A program made the position numbers and the translations under genes. A stretch of 64,000 nt of DNA from Octopus vulgaris (lineage: Eukaryota): contig OX597814.1 of assembly GCA_951406725.2 (NCBI GenBank), positions 84,568,001 through 84,632,000 of the forward strand. Reading direction: 5' to 3'. Shown here piece after piece: positions 1 to 14,500 of this stretch (position 1 is the first letter of the stretch; every line of letters starts with the position of its first letter). Below the pieces are notes generated by a model that made no database searches, was not told the origin of the DNA, and saw nothing but the letters and a program-made list of their open reading frames with translations.

Positions 1-923
1 AATGCTGGTTGGCACAAAAAAAAGCACCCAGTACACTGTGGAGTGGTTGATATTAAGAAGGACATCCTGTTGTAGAAACCATGCCGAAGCTGACATTGGA
101 GCCTAAAGTGGCCTCACAACTCACTGGATTCTGTCAAACTGTCCACCCATGCAAGCATGGAAAGTGAATGCTAAATTGTGATGATGATTATACTTATATT
201 TGATTTAATCAACTTTTAGCAACTTCTGTATTTGCAAATATTTTTGTTGTTCCTTGTACAAGTTTCAGCATTATCATCATTACCATCACTGCTGCTATTT
301 ATATTGTTTGTACATCTGCTTTTCCATGCTGGCATGGGTTGTATTCTTTGTTATATTTGGAATAACATCTCATAGGTGTGTGTGACCTTTTGTTTGTATC
401 AGTATTTATGTTTATGAAAAACTGATATTGTGTCAAAATTGATTTGGCAAAAATAGTTTGATATGCACCAAACTAAAATAAGTAGTTTATGATCAGCTAA
501 ATTCAAAAGGTGGATTCATCTTATGGCCTCAGGTCAGTAACTGAAAATGTTAAAATTTCTGAATACAAGGGTATCATCATTATCAACATTTAACGTCTTG
601 TTTTCTATGTTGGCATGGGTTGGACAGCTTGAAAGGAACTAGCAAGACCAGGGGCTGCTCCTGGTTTCATACTCTGTTTTGGTTTGGTTTCTACAGCTTT
701 ACTAGTCCTACCTGGGTCCCCAATCTTCCCACAACAACCACAATAAGGTACAAAGTATAGCAAACAGTGCACTAAGTGTAATATGTTGTACACAAGTGGA
801 GTTCTGTATGCAATAGGGATGATGGTAGTTTCCAAAAGCTAAAGAATTGCCTGAAAATATTCTTATGTTTAGTTAAATTTATTAATTGATTACCTTTTTA
901 TGTTTTTATCTTTTTGTTTTTAG

Positions 924-1013
924 TTAGAAAATAACAAATCAGAACTGGAAAGTAAGTATGCAGCTTCCAAGGATTCGGTGAAGAAAATGATGGAAGAGCT
1001 AGAACCAATTAAA
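924..1013 (+). CDS. RAD50: RAD50 exon 1 ([30 protein letters not shown])
   Basis: tttttag acceptor, gtaagt donor, 90 nt; aligns with human ...ELDPLK. Confidence 0.88.
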
Positions 1014-2492
1014 GTAAGTGTTTTATTTATTTATTTATTTATTTTAATTATTTTACATTTTCTGATTAGAAGTTTCAGGCGAAGAAATTTGTTTTGCAAT
1101 TAAGTGGTTTTTCAGTTCAATCCTATTGTATGATATTTTAAGCAAGTGCCTTTACCATTTCTTGGGATTGACTCAAGCCATGTGAGTAAATTTTGGTTGA
1201 TAGAAACTGTAGAGAAGCGCATTGGATGGATCATATCTGATTTTGGTGATATACTTAGCCCTTTAGCATTCAGCTTACTCCGTCAAATTTAATGCTTATT
1301 TATTCACTTTGTTTTGAATTAATCATTTATTATCTTGTAGCTTTGAGATTTTGATAGCGCAATTGTATATTTTTAGAATGACATTGTAGAGTAGTTGTTA
1401 TAGGTTGGATCTGGTCAGTTTGAACATAAAACATGGTAGAATATTTGGGCCAGATATGGCCAGTTTTAATGCTAAAGGGTTAAACCATTGTCTGATTTAA
1501 CTCCTGTACCATGCCCTTGGATACCTATAACTATGTTCACTCTCTGCAAGCATTAGGACCAGGTTTTTAGTCTAAGAACGACCCATGAGGTGGGCTTTCT
1601 TTCTCTCTTTTTACTGTTTTGGATGATCTTCAAAAAAAGTTTTTGACTCTGTCCTTCCTTCTTAAACTACCATAGTTTCTCAAGCACAAAGTCATCTTAA
1701 GTATAATACAATCTTCAGTTTTTGAACTTAAAAACCTGCAATATATTTTATCCTATTACCTTTTTTATGCGAGTATAACTTATCACCCTTTAATTTTGAC
1801 CCTGATATTTTGTGTTGAATTTTTCACATTGTAACATGTAAATATAATAAACCATAAAAATATATCCATGTATTTTTGAACTTTTGACAATGGAAGTTAA
1901 TGGTCATATGCATTTGCCTCGTTGAATTCCAGCTGTAGGATTCACTATGTATGACAGTGGAACCTTGGTTTGTGAACACCTCTCATCATAAACAAATCAG
2001 CTTATGAACAATTTTTCAAACATAAAAATGTCTTGGGTGATGAATGGTGTCTTGAGTAACAAACATACAAGCCAGCAACAACAGTTGACAATGCACTGGG
2101 AATATCAGTGGGAGAGTGTGAGTTACTGTCTAGCTTTCTCTCAATGCACATCATTGCTTGAATTTGCTATGATTTCTCTTGAGTTTCCTATGGGAAAAAT
2201 AGTTTTGGTTTACCAATATTTTAGATGGTGAACAACCGTCAGGAATGAATTAAATTTGTAAACAAGGTTCCACTGTATTTGGGCAGCACATTTAATTCTA
2301 TATCTTTTAGATTTTTCATCCTAATTATCAGTGCAGATGTGGCTGTGTGGTAAGAAGCTTACTGTCTAAGCATGTGGTTTTGGGTTCAGTCTAACTGCGT
2401 GATACCTTGGACGAGTGTCTTCTGCTATGGCTCCAGCCAGGCTGTGAGTGGATTTGGTAGATGAAAACTGAAAGAATACCTTTGTATGTATG

Positions 2493-2530
<38 letters not shown>

Positions 2531-5500
2531 TGCATAAATGTGTGTGTTCATGCATATGTATTACTCTCTACTTGCTCTGTCCTTCATTTCCAATTTTCTG
2601 TGAAAACATGTCTGATCATGTGGAAATATTACCTTACTTGGAAACAGGTGAGGGTTGGTAACAAAAATAAAAATCCACCTGACCTGTGCAAGCATGGAAA
2701 AGTAGATATCGAGATGACAATGATGAATATGTATTAGATTGCTTGAGAAAGTTACACGAGATAGATTTCAGTTTTATCACATAAGTGATTTATCTATGTG
2801 ATATTGATCCTCTCTATAGGTTACTTATAAAATTTGTATAATATTTTCAGGAGAAAATCCATAGCATCAATGTACGCTCTGAAGAAATGTACAAACTAAA
2901 GAATGACATTGGTAGGTTTTCAGATATATTTGAGAATTTGGTTTTATGTTCTCATATTTCATATGCAATTATTACTCATCTGATTTGGTAAATTCATCAG
3001 TGTTGTCAAGCTACCATTGTCCAAGTATACTTGGAGATTAGCTTATAAGTTAAAAATTTACTTTCAAAATGCTTTTTTTTATTACACCTTCTTTCCCCCA
3101 TTTAAGATGACGGCTGTAATTTATACTTATCTATAATTTTTTCTTTTACATATTATTTTTACTTTATTATCATTATCATTGTTTTAATGTCCACCTTCTT
3201 CTCTCATGCTTGCATGGGTCAAGCAGAATTTATTGAGGCTGACAGAAACTGATCAAAGCCTGTTATTTGTATGTGTGTGTGCTTGTTATGATGCTCACAT
3301 GTAAGTCAGCATCACCATCATACAATAATGTTTGGTTCCAGTCTTTTTTGAAAAACATATCTGGCCATAGGAAATATGTTGTTTGGCAACAGGAAGGACA
3401 TCTGGCTATAGAAAATCTGCCACCACAAATTTCGTCTGGCCCATTCAAGCCTGGAAAATGATGGTTATTTGAGCATCAGACAAATACTGCGTAATTGTCC
3501 TTGCCCTATGCATTCTGAATTCAAATCCTACTGAGATTCATAAAGTTTGGGACTGCATTGTTAAATGTATCCCTCTTTTTCTGGGGTGGATGTGATTTGA
3601 GAGAGATTTGGCTGCTAATTCTAGTAAGTTACACAGTTACATAAAAGTTTATTGTTTTTAGTATTTTTGTAAAATAATATTCCAAGTTGTTCAAGATGCA
3701 GGAAAAAGGGGAAAAAAAAGAATTGATTTTTATTTCTGGTTCCATTTTTAGAGGTTGTCCGAACTGAAAGAAAGCAGTTACAGATATCTGTTGAGGAATT
3801 AAGAAAAAATATTGAAACTGAATTTGAAGGTAAGTTCATAATATCTCGAGGTCAGTTCGAATCAAGCAACCTTGTATTCATGGCTGTTCCAGTCATTACT
3901 ATTTTATCATAATTTCGGGCATTGTGTATCTAGAACTATATTGTCCAATGTGTTCTTTCTGTTAAAGATGGTGTGGTGTCATTTGAGGGATATTCCTTAT
4001 ATGACTTCTAGTAGGGTGGAAGATCATATGGAAGCTTCTTCATTGGCTTGACTTGGTTTAGTTGTTATACATGTTGTAATGTTTATCCAATTACAGAAAC
4101 TGTGTGTGATAGCTACAGATACAATTTTGAAAGCCATAGGTGCATTTTGTGATGTTTTGAGGTGTCTCTTCTAATATGAAGGAACATACATTAACAATGA
4201 GTTCTCAACACTTCTTTAAAATCTTCATGCAATATCAATGAAATAAATAGATCTTATTTCTAATAGTAATGTATGTAGCATAAATGTTATTAAGCCTTTA
4301 GCATTTAAACCAGCCATATCCAACCCAAATATTCCACCACTTTCATGTTGAAAGTGGCCAGATCTGGCCTCTCACATCAACCCTACAATATCATTCTAAA
4401 AATAAACAGTTACATCATAGAAGTCTCAATTTTATGAGATAATACATGATTAATTCAAAACAATGGGATTAAATAAGCATTATGTTTGACAGAGTAATGT
4501 GAATGCTAAAAGGTTAATATCTGAATTTGTGGCAATGGTGTTTGATTTTCTCATAAGTCCAACACCTCTTATTGTGACTCTAATTAGATTTTAATGCAAT
4601 GCATGGATCTTATTGTGACAGTTGAGTTTTAAGGAGCTTTGATTACTATTTCTAGTAGTTAGGGCAGCCATGTTGAGGATTCCTTATTCATTCACTATAA
4701 GCTTGCTTCTTGTAAAATGAGTAGTTACCGATATAACTATGAAATATGCTCATCTTACTATAACTCATCTTACACAGCTGACAAACATACTTTACTTAGT
4801 TTTCTTGATTGAATGAGTAACAGGAGCAATGATGTCCAGTTGCTGCTTCATGCTCTTGCATGATGAAGGTTAGTGGTTCCAGAGACATCATCATGCTTAG
4901 AGCTAACCAGGTCCACCAGTGCTCTCCATCACTGGTGATTCTGTGTCAGCTCTGGAGTGTGTGTGTGTGTATGCAGCGTGCGTATATGCGTATAAGCATG
5001 TATCTTTGTGTAAGTATATGTATACTTGTCTATGTGTGCGTGTGTATGTATATTTACTTCTATATGCAGGCGCGCTTGTATATGCAAGTGTTTGTATGCG
5101 TGTGGGATCTTTTCCTTTTGATATTTAAGAGATATGGCTGTTATTTCTAGCACATGCCTCCTCGTTTGTTTATCAATATCGATAACGCAGCAAATGATTT
5201 GAGCTCAAAAGAGAGCATACGATTGGTTAAAATTCGAAGAATTAAACTACGTTAAACTTACAAATTACAAATTTATCAAAAAAGCCAAGTGAAAATAATG
5301 TTTTCTTTTCACACATTCTACCAGTATACGAAGTTTCAAATTGTTTAGTTAACTAGAAATTGTGTTGAATTCCGTCCATCAAAAGGAAAAGATCCATAGA
5401 GAGCTGATGCATTGTAGATGTGGAGCCTCATCTTCTGTTAACTTACTTTAACAGTCTATTTCTCACTCATTTAAAAACAAATAGATATGAAATAGTTGTT

Positions 5501-8500
5501 AAATACATAAATTAATAGTAATTATAATTATTTACTTTAATTAGGTAAACAATCAGATGCACATGTAAGTTTTGTTAACCACTTGTTTTCTATTAAGTAT
5601 GAGAAATCAATCTTCAGCCCTTAACATAATAAATTTGTTTCTGTTCTTACAGGAAGCACTGCTGAGTTGCAGACAATGATAAATAAATTTGAAGACAACT
5701 TGCAAGAAAAAGAAGACTCTCTTTCAGAGGTAATCATTGCTATTGCTTCTCAGCTAGTATTCATTATTTCTGTGGCAGGATTTAAACTTGGAACCAAGAA
5801 GGGTGGTGCATCACACTATAGAATCCTTTCTTCTATAGGCACAAGGTTGAAATTTTGTGGGATGTGGCTGGTTGATTGCATCAACCCCAGTGCTCAACTG
5901 GTACTTACTTTATTACCCTCAAAAGGATGAAAGGCAAAATCAACATCGGTGGAATTTGAATTCAGAATGTAAAGATGGCTGAAATACTGCTAAGCATTTT
6001 GTTTGGTATACTAACAATTCTGCCAGCTCACCATCTTATTATATAACATAGACTATACAATTTGGTCAGAAAGCAGGTGTTTTTGGTTACATTAAGATTG
6101 TTAAGAAATTGTTTGTCAAACAAACATTCTCTCTGCATATGTTTACTGATATATATAACTAATTCATTTTCTGCATAGTGTATAAGTATCTAATTATTCT
6201 TTTATTGATTGGACTGCAATCATACTCATTCAAGTGTTTAGTCACTCATATTGACCCCAAAGTTACAATACATAAAGGGACACATAATCAACACTGGTTT
6301 TTAGATGTGTAGACATAAAAACACATACACATCATGTAAAGACAAAGAGAAACAAGCATACACACACATCTTTCATCTTCCGTCTGCCAAATCCATTCAC
6401 AAGACTATGGTAGAAGACACTTGCCCAAGGTGTCATGCAGTGGGACTAAACCAAAAATCACAGAGTTGGGAAACAAACTATAATCACAATCACACACATA
6501 CACACACAATGAGTTTTGCTGTTTGTGACTACCAAATTCCACTTGCATTGTGTTGATCAACCTGAGGTTAGAGTAGAAGACATTTTCCCAAATTGCCACC
6601 TCTTAAGTATTACATAGAGGACACTGAATATTTATTCATATAGTCTGATGGAAGTGTATATAATGACTTTACTAAAGCTAATGAGTCCCAAATAAGTTGA
6701 AATAGTGATATTTTGAAAGCATTGACAATCAAGTAATTGTGTCCCAGACAACCAGGTGAGAAACAAGTGCTTCATATCTTCTCAGTGGCAATTATGTACT
6801 GCTGAGATTCTTAAATCCATCTCATTCTAAAAAGGTTTCATAGAGTAGCAACTCTCTAGTGATGATGAAAGATTTGTTGGTTTACAGTTTAATTCCTTTT
6901 GTGGGTCAAGCTACATGCAAGAGGCAATAGACCAAGACCCTATACAGAGGAAGCTTTGTCTCTCATTCACTTAATGATTCAGAAACTTGAACAAGCACCA
7001 GCCTCATAGATCTTTGGGATTCCTAATACTTTGCTTATCAGACCAGTATACACTGTTTATTGCGGGACAGTGTTGAATTCCAAACTTATTTTACAATAAG
7101 TTTTTCTTGTACGAAATTTTAACTCTTTATACTTTACAATGTTAAGTTTCCCCACTTTTTGATTCTAAGCTCAAATCCTGCTAGGGCTAAACATAGATTT
7201 CATCTCTCAGGACTGATATAGATAGTAGCATCAATGATATACTGGTCCTTATATTCAGTCAGTTATAACTTTTTTTTAAAAAATTGACCATATGTCTATG
7301 TAAGAAATCATTGTTGTTGTGGAGAATAACTTGCATTGTATTGCATTTATAATCAAGATGTTTAATTCTTAGCAGCCAAGTCCAGGAGATATGAGAGTGC
7401 TGGAATAAATCATCATCATCATTTTAATCATTGTTTAACCCTTTGACATTTACATTATTCTGTCAAAAGTAATGCTTGTTTATTCACATTGTAAGGTTGG
7501 TGTGAAAGGCCAGATCTGGTCAGTTTGAACATAAAACAGGTAGAATATTTTGACTGGATGTGACCTATTTAAATGCTAAAGGGTTTATGTCTATATTGCA
7601 TACTGGCATTAGTTGGCCAGTTTGACAGGGTCTGATGGGCCCAAAGACTGCATCATGCTTCAATGTCTGCTTTGGTATGATTTCTACAGCTGGATGCACT
7701 TCCTAACACCCTCTACTTTACCGCATGTACCAGGTGCTTTTTTTTGTGCCACCAGCACTAGTGAGGTTGCAAAACTATGAACCCCAGACTGGGAATGGAG
7801 TGTGCAACTTTATGCCAGGAGATAAAGAGTAGAGAAGGGTCCCTTCTTTTATGTTATGAATTCAAATCTTGCCCTGGCTACCTTTGTCTTTCATCCCTCC
7901 TGGGCCAAATAAATTAGTTCCAAGCATGGACTTTAGTCCTTTCCCACTTTTACAAATTTCTAATCTTGTGTCAGTATATGAAATCATAATAGTGGTGAGC
8001 ACTACAGAGGAAAGGTAAGCACCATGTGAATTGTGTTGAGTCCTTACACTTTTTTCACTTTGTTAATGCTATTAGGAATGATAATTAAGTTTTAAAAAAT
8101 GTTTATATTTTTCAGTTTAATAAGAAACTCGACAAACTTGCAAATGAGAATGAAGGTTATGAACAAGAAAAATCCATTTTGTTGGTAGAGATTGGCAAAC
8201 TGGACCAAGAAGCTACAGTAAGTTTCAAGGCAGACATTATCAGTATTCTTCTTCATGCAATGTCCCACCCAAGTTCTTATAGTGTTTGCATTAGCTGCTC
8301 ATGTCTTATGAGTCATTAAAATAGGTAGCTTCTTTCGTCTGTGGTGAGTGATTTGATGGGAATTTGGCTGTTATAAATAGCAAGTTGAATGACCATGTAG
8401 CAGCTTCCTTTTGGTTTGTATGTGCTTTATATGTAGCTATTGTTCAACCCCCAGCCAGTCTTGATAGAACAGATATGGTCAAAGGTGTTCTACTTGTGAC

Positions 8501-11500
8501 AATTTTTTTTCAGATATGATATAAAGGGTAAAGATCCCTTTCAGTCATAAATGAGCAGGGGGTTGCACATAGAAAGTTCCCCTCCAAGGCACAAGTCTAG
8601 GCAAGGTTGTTTATGGAAAACAAGCAGTTACCCATGCATACCAGCCTCCCCTCTCCACGCCACAAGCCAATACAGCTTGGCACCAGTGACATTGCAACTC
8701 ATTTCTAAAGCTGAATGAACTGGAGCAACATAAAATAAAGTGTCTTGCTCAAGAACACAACACTCAGCCCAGTCTGGGAATCAAACTCACTACCTCATGG
8801 TTGTGAGCCCAAAGCTCTAACCACTGAAGTAAACAGTCATGTCATAAAAATCTTGTAGCTTTGAGGTAATGTGCGATAAAGCCATTTCTGCCTAAATACA
8901 ATTATATATACTGTGAATTTTTCAACTGCTTACAGATTTTTTTCAATGTTTAAAATGGAAATTGACTTTTGTAATAAATGTATGGCTTCAGCAAGTAGCA
9001 ATTCCAATTTGAAGGATTTGCACTCGAAGAATTACAAAATATAGAAGGTGAAAATGAAAATAAGTTACTTGTCTTTGGATGAATCAGGTATAGATGTTTC
9101 TGAAGTTCTGACAAGGAAGAGTATTTTGATACAAACACGATGGAGATCTTTGAGACACTAATATGGTCAGACAATACAATATTAATACATTCCCAATTCT
9201 ATTGAAAATTCATAATTGTAAATCATCAGTATTTAAACACCTACTGACAAAATATCAAGTCTGCATGTAAAAAATTAACATTACAAATATTGTTGGTACA
9301 TTATGAATAAATAGGTATTACATTTGACAGAGTAATCAAAATACTGAAGGGATAAAGAGAGGACATATTAGATAATATAGTCCTAGATTCACTATGTCCT
9401 CTAAAAGACATAATCAAACAATATAGTATCCTGTATATCATATCATGGCTTAGTGGTTAGAGCATTGGGCTCACAATCATGAGGTAGTGAGTTTGATTCT
9501 GGGACCGGGTTGTGTGTTGTATTCTTGAGCAAGACACTTTATTTCATGTTGCTCCATTTCACTCAGTTGTAGAAATGAGTTGCAATGTCACTGGAAAGGC
9601 ATTCAGCTGCAAAATGTTCTTTTAAAAGAGGAAACCATGATAAGTCAAATAAGACTGTTTTGCTTCCATAAGGCAAACTGATAATTTAATAGGAAAAATG
9701 GCCTTAAAATGTTTGTCATTATTTTTGCTTTATAGAAGGTGGTGAGCTGGCAGAATTGTTAGGACATTGGGCAAAATGCTTAGTGACATTTTGCACATCT
9801 TTATGTTCTGACTCAAATTCCACCAAGGTTGACTTTGCCTTTCATCCTTTTGGGGTTGAAAAAGTAAGTACTGGTTTAGCGCTGGGGACAAAAGTTGAAA
9901 TGGTTATTATTATAGAAGTGAAGATAGAAGTGAATCATTAGAGCATCAAAGAGCTTTGTATTATTTGTCCTGGCTCTTTACAATCTGTATTGAAATCCTG
10001 TCACAGTCAATTTTGCTTTACCTCCCACCAACTGGTCAATAAAATAACAGTCAAGTACTTTTGTTGATGATATCAACCAACCACTACCCCTTTAAGTTGC
10101 TGGCCTTGAGCCTAAATCAGAAACCATTATTATTTTTTTTATTTATTTATTTATTTTTTTAATCAATTTTGCTATTTTAGAACAATGAAGAAAATATACA
10201 AGCCCGTGCAGATTTGGTAATGCGTCTGGCTACAAAATATAATATTGATGGTGAGAACATTTTTCCTTCTATTTGCTTCACATTCATTTTTTTCATATTG
10301 GAATACAAAAAAATTGGCTTTGTATCTTGTATCTTTTATCTTTTAGTTGTTTCAGTCATTTGACTGCAGCCAGGCTGGGGCATTGTCCCGAGGGGTTTTA
10401 GTCGAACAAATTGACCCTAGGACTTACTTTTTGAAGCCTAGTACTTACTCTATTAGTTCCCTTTTTGCTAAACTGCTAAGTTACTAGGAGTAAACACAGA
10501 CACACACAAACACGCATACACACACACACGCATGCACACACACACACACTGGGCTTCTTTCAGTTTCCATCTACCAAATCTACTCACAAGGCTTTGGTTG
10601 GTCTGAGGCTATAGTAGAAGACACTTGCCTAAGATGTGCAGTGAGACTGAACCTGGAACCATGTTGAGAAGCAACTTCTTACCACACAGCCTATTGTGCC
10701 TATTGTTTTTTTATTAATCCTTTTCCCATGCTAATAGTAGGAGTTAGAAGTTTTTATTGTTGTATGATGAGTTGCAAAACATGTATCTACTTAGCGGTAT
10801 TACTAGTGCAGCTGTTAGACCATGTCTTTAAATATGGGACATAAATAAGCAGGAGAGGAATTTGAAGAAACAGATATGCAAAAGAGACAGAGTGATGGAC
10901 AAAATATCCCTGGTTTTGATGTTTTGAGTTCTGATCCTGCCAAAATTAACTTTGCTTTTCATTCTTGTAGGGTAAAAAAACCCAACCAAAATGAAGTATC
11001 TGTAAAATTGAGATTAATATAATCATCTGTTCTATCTTCCTTAAATATATGGTCTTGTACCTTTGTTAGAAATTATTATTGCACTCAGACATTTTTATTT
11101 TGATAATTTATAAATAATTAGTACTATTGTTATTGATTTTTCCAGTTTGTCAGCACACTTCATCATCATCATCACCTTCATTTAACATCCGTTCTCCATG
11201 CTAGCATGGGTTGGATGGTTTGACAGGAGTTGGCCAGCTGGAGAGTTGCCCTGGAGACATTTGTCTGTTTTGGATTATCTAAGGCTGGATACCTTTCCTA
11301 ATGCCAACCACTTTACAGTGTGTGCTGGGTGCTTTTTATGTGGCACTGGCATGGGTGCTTTTACATGGCACTGGCATGGGTGTTATTATGTAGCACTGGC
11401 ACAAGTGCTTTTATGTGGTACCTGTGCTGATGTGCCCGCAAGACTAGGATCTCTCAGTTGAGAGAGTGATGTTGGGGGCATGGGAGGGGAGGTAGGTGAT

Positions 11501-14500
11501 GGCCAACAATTTTTGGAAGAGGGGGCAAGTCAATTACATTGATTGGTACTTTATTTTATCGGTCCAAAAAGGATTAGAGGCAAAGTTGGCCTCAGCAGAA
11601 TTTGAATTCAGAATGTAAGGAGCTAGAAGAAAACCTAAATATTTTGTTTGATATGCTAACAATTCTGTTAGCTCACTGTCTTCAATAATGATAATAATTC
11701 TTTCTAATATAGGTACAAAGCTTGAAATTTGAAGAGAAGAGGCTAGTTAATTACATTAACTCCAGTTCTCAACTAGTACTTATTTCATTGACCCTGAAAG
11801 GACAAAAGGACAAGTCAACCTCAGTGGGATTTGAACTTAGAATGTAAAGGTGGAAGAAATGCTGCTAAACATTTTGTCCAGCATGCTAACAATTCTGCCA
11901 GCTCATCACCTTAATAATTATATTTTTTTCACCTATAGGTACAAGGCCTGAAATTTTGTTGGGATAGGACCAGTTGATCACATTGACTCTTGTTCTCAAC
12001 TAATACTTTTTTTATTGACCCCATAATGTTGCGACTTGGATTCGACTCTTGCTACAAGTTCACCTGGAAGAGGTTAATCCTTGTAATGGTATTCTAGGCA
12101 GGATTTTGGACGCAGAAAGTACAGAGCTGGATTAGATGCTGCAAAGCATTCTATTTAATGTTCTCGTGATTCCATGAAAACCATTGCCATGGAATGGTAC
12201 TCAGTGATCCTGAAAGGATGGAAATAAAGTTGACATCAGTAGGATTTGATGCTAGAATGCACAGAGCTGGAACAAATACCCACTAGGCATTTAATCTGAT
12301 ACTCTAAGAACACTGCCTATATGATTTATTATGCTTGCTTAGTGACTGGATGAAGTAGAGTTCTGAGTCTTGCTAGGGATGTATTTTGTAGTTAGAGACC
12401 TACCTGTCTTTTATTTCACTCAGCTGTTATCAAGCAGAATTAATTAATAATATCCTCCTCCTCGCTGCCGCCACTGCTGTTATGATGATAATAGTGATGA
12501 TGTTGGTAATATCACAAATTTGTCTTAACATTTGTCAACTGAATTTATCTTAGTTACGCCAAGTTATGTATTTTGTGTTGTCTCTTGTATATAAACTGCT
12601 TGGCAGAAACTGTATCAGAGCAATTGTGTGTGAGTGTTTATATTCGATTTTGTATGACACCACTTGCACAAAATGGTGATTTTGTCTTTATATTCCCTGT
12701 AAACAATACTTCCTGTGGCTTTGAGCTTTGAAAGAATAGTGTATCCAGCTGTAAAGTACTGCCTTAATAAATCTCCTTCCAACCCATGCCCATATAAAAC
12801 AAGCGAACAAATACTGTTGTTAAATTCTTTCAGACTTTGATAAGAATACCATAGACAACAAGACCACAAAAAATTTTATAGAGATGTTGAATAACACCCA
12901 TCAACAATTGATATCTGATGTCAAAATAGAAAAGGTATGTATTCATTGTATATTTTTGTGTATTCATGTGTGCTTTGTTCAATGATTTTGATCTCTGTCA
13001 GCTAGTCATGAGTTCTGACATATCTGACCCTAGATACTGAGCTTTGTACTCAGTGGTTTTCATATGGTCCATTGTGATGTGCTTATTCATTGAGAGGGCA
13101 TCTAGATACACTGCAGATTTTAAATAATGCTATTTAATCCTTTAAATCTGCAAATATGCTTTAGCAGGTGTGATTACATTTGACTATACTCTTAGAAGAT
13201 GCAAAAGTGACTGGCAATATAGTTTTGAGCTGTAATGACAAAACCATGTGGCCACCTTTTTTTTTGCATCTTCCAAGGGTATAGTAATCCTTTCTACAAA
13301 CTTGGGGGAGGGGCTAGTTGATTACATTGATCTTAGTGCTCAACTGGCACTTATTTCATCAACCCCAAAAGGGTGAAAGGCAAATTTGAACTCAGAACGT
13401 AAAGACGGACAAAATGCTGCTAAGCATTTTGCCTAGTGTACTAACAATTCTAGCAGCTCACTGCCTTTCCCAGGGGTGTATAATCAAATGAAATACCTGC
13501 TAAAGCATACTTGTAGGTTCAGAAGGTCAAAGTTTTAGAATTGCCATACTAATACCAGAGTGTTTCAGAAAACTTGTTATTTATAATTTTGCTCTTCACA
13601 AGTAGGATATATAATATAAGGTAAGCAGTAATTTTCATTATTTTTTCCAAATTTTTAATTTTAAGTTAATTTTATTTGATACTTTCCATATGAATTGCAT
13701 CAGTAATTTTGTCATATTTGATCTCCAGTGAGCCTTTAAGTCATGTAGTTTTAAGAACTACTGACCTATGTACTCATGGATTTGATTTAGATATTGGCCT
13801 CTGTGTGCTAATGTATCTGATCTGTACTAATCTGTTATGTGTACACTATGTCTGGGAAAAGACAGGATGGTCATGGTCAGAAGGCCTTTGATAAGTTTAA
13901 TGAGGGTGAAACTTGGTGTTAAACAATATCAACATTATCAAAATTGAGTCCCACTCTTACAACTATTATGTTGTGCTCACAGAATTAACTTTCTTAATTG
14001 TTCTTTTTATTGACATAGGTGTGTTTATTATTTTTTTTGTTATACTTGAAAAAGATGTAAAGCAGAAGGTTAGCTCTTTGTTGAAGTTGAGTCTGTAAAC
14101 ATTCCATCAATGGATAGTTGAAGCTCAAAGTCAACAAGAGATTTTCATAGTGTGATTGCTTATTTTTAGAATGATGTCGGATAGCTGTGAGAGACCAGGT
14201 CTGGCCAATTTTAACACAAAACTGGTAGAATATTTATGCTTGGATAAGACCAGTTTGAATGCTAAAGGGTTAAATTACATAAAGCTGAGATTTTGGGTGT
14301 ATTTTATTTATTGACTAGTCAAGATAAATTAAAATGCTGGGGCCAAACTGATAAAAAAATTTTTTCTTTCTTTTTTTTTTTGTCCCTTACCTCCAATTGA
14401 AACTTGTGTTAATTCTTCAAATAGAAAAGATTTGAAGAGAAGGAGCAAAGTATACAGCAAGAAATGGATGGGGTTAAAGAAAAAAAGGTTCAACTTGAAC

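Noticed and set aside
8990-9180. Possible extra exon (acidic, purine-rich stretch)
   Set aside because: Contains stops; exons 5 and 6 already join in frame and colinearly with human RAD50; probably the interior of a decayed DNA element.
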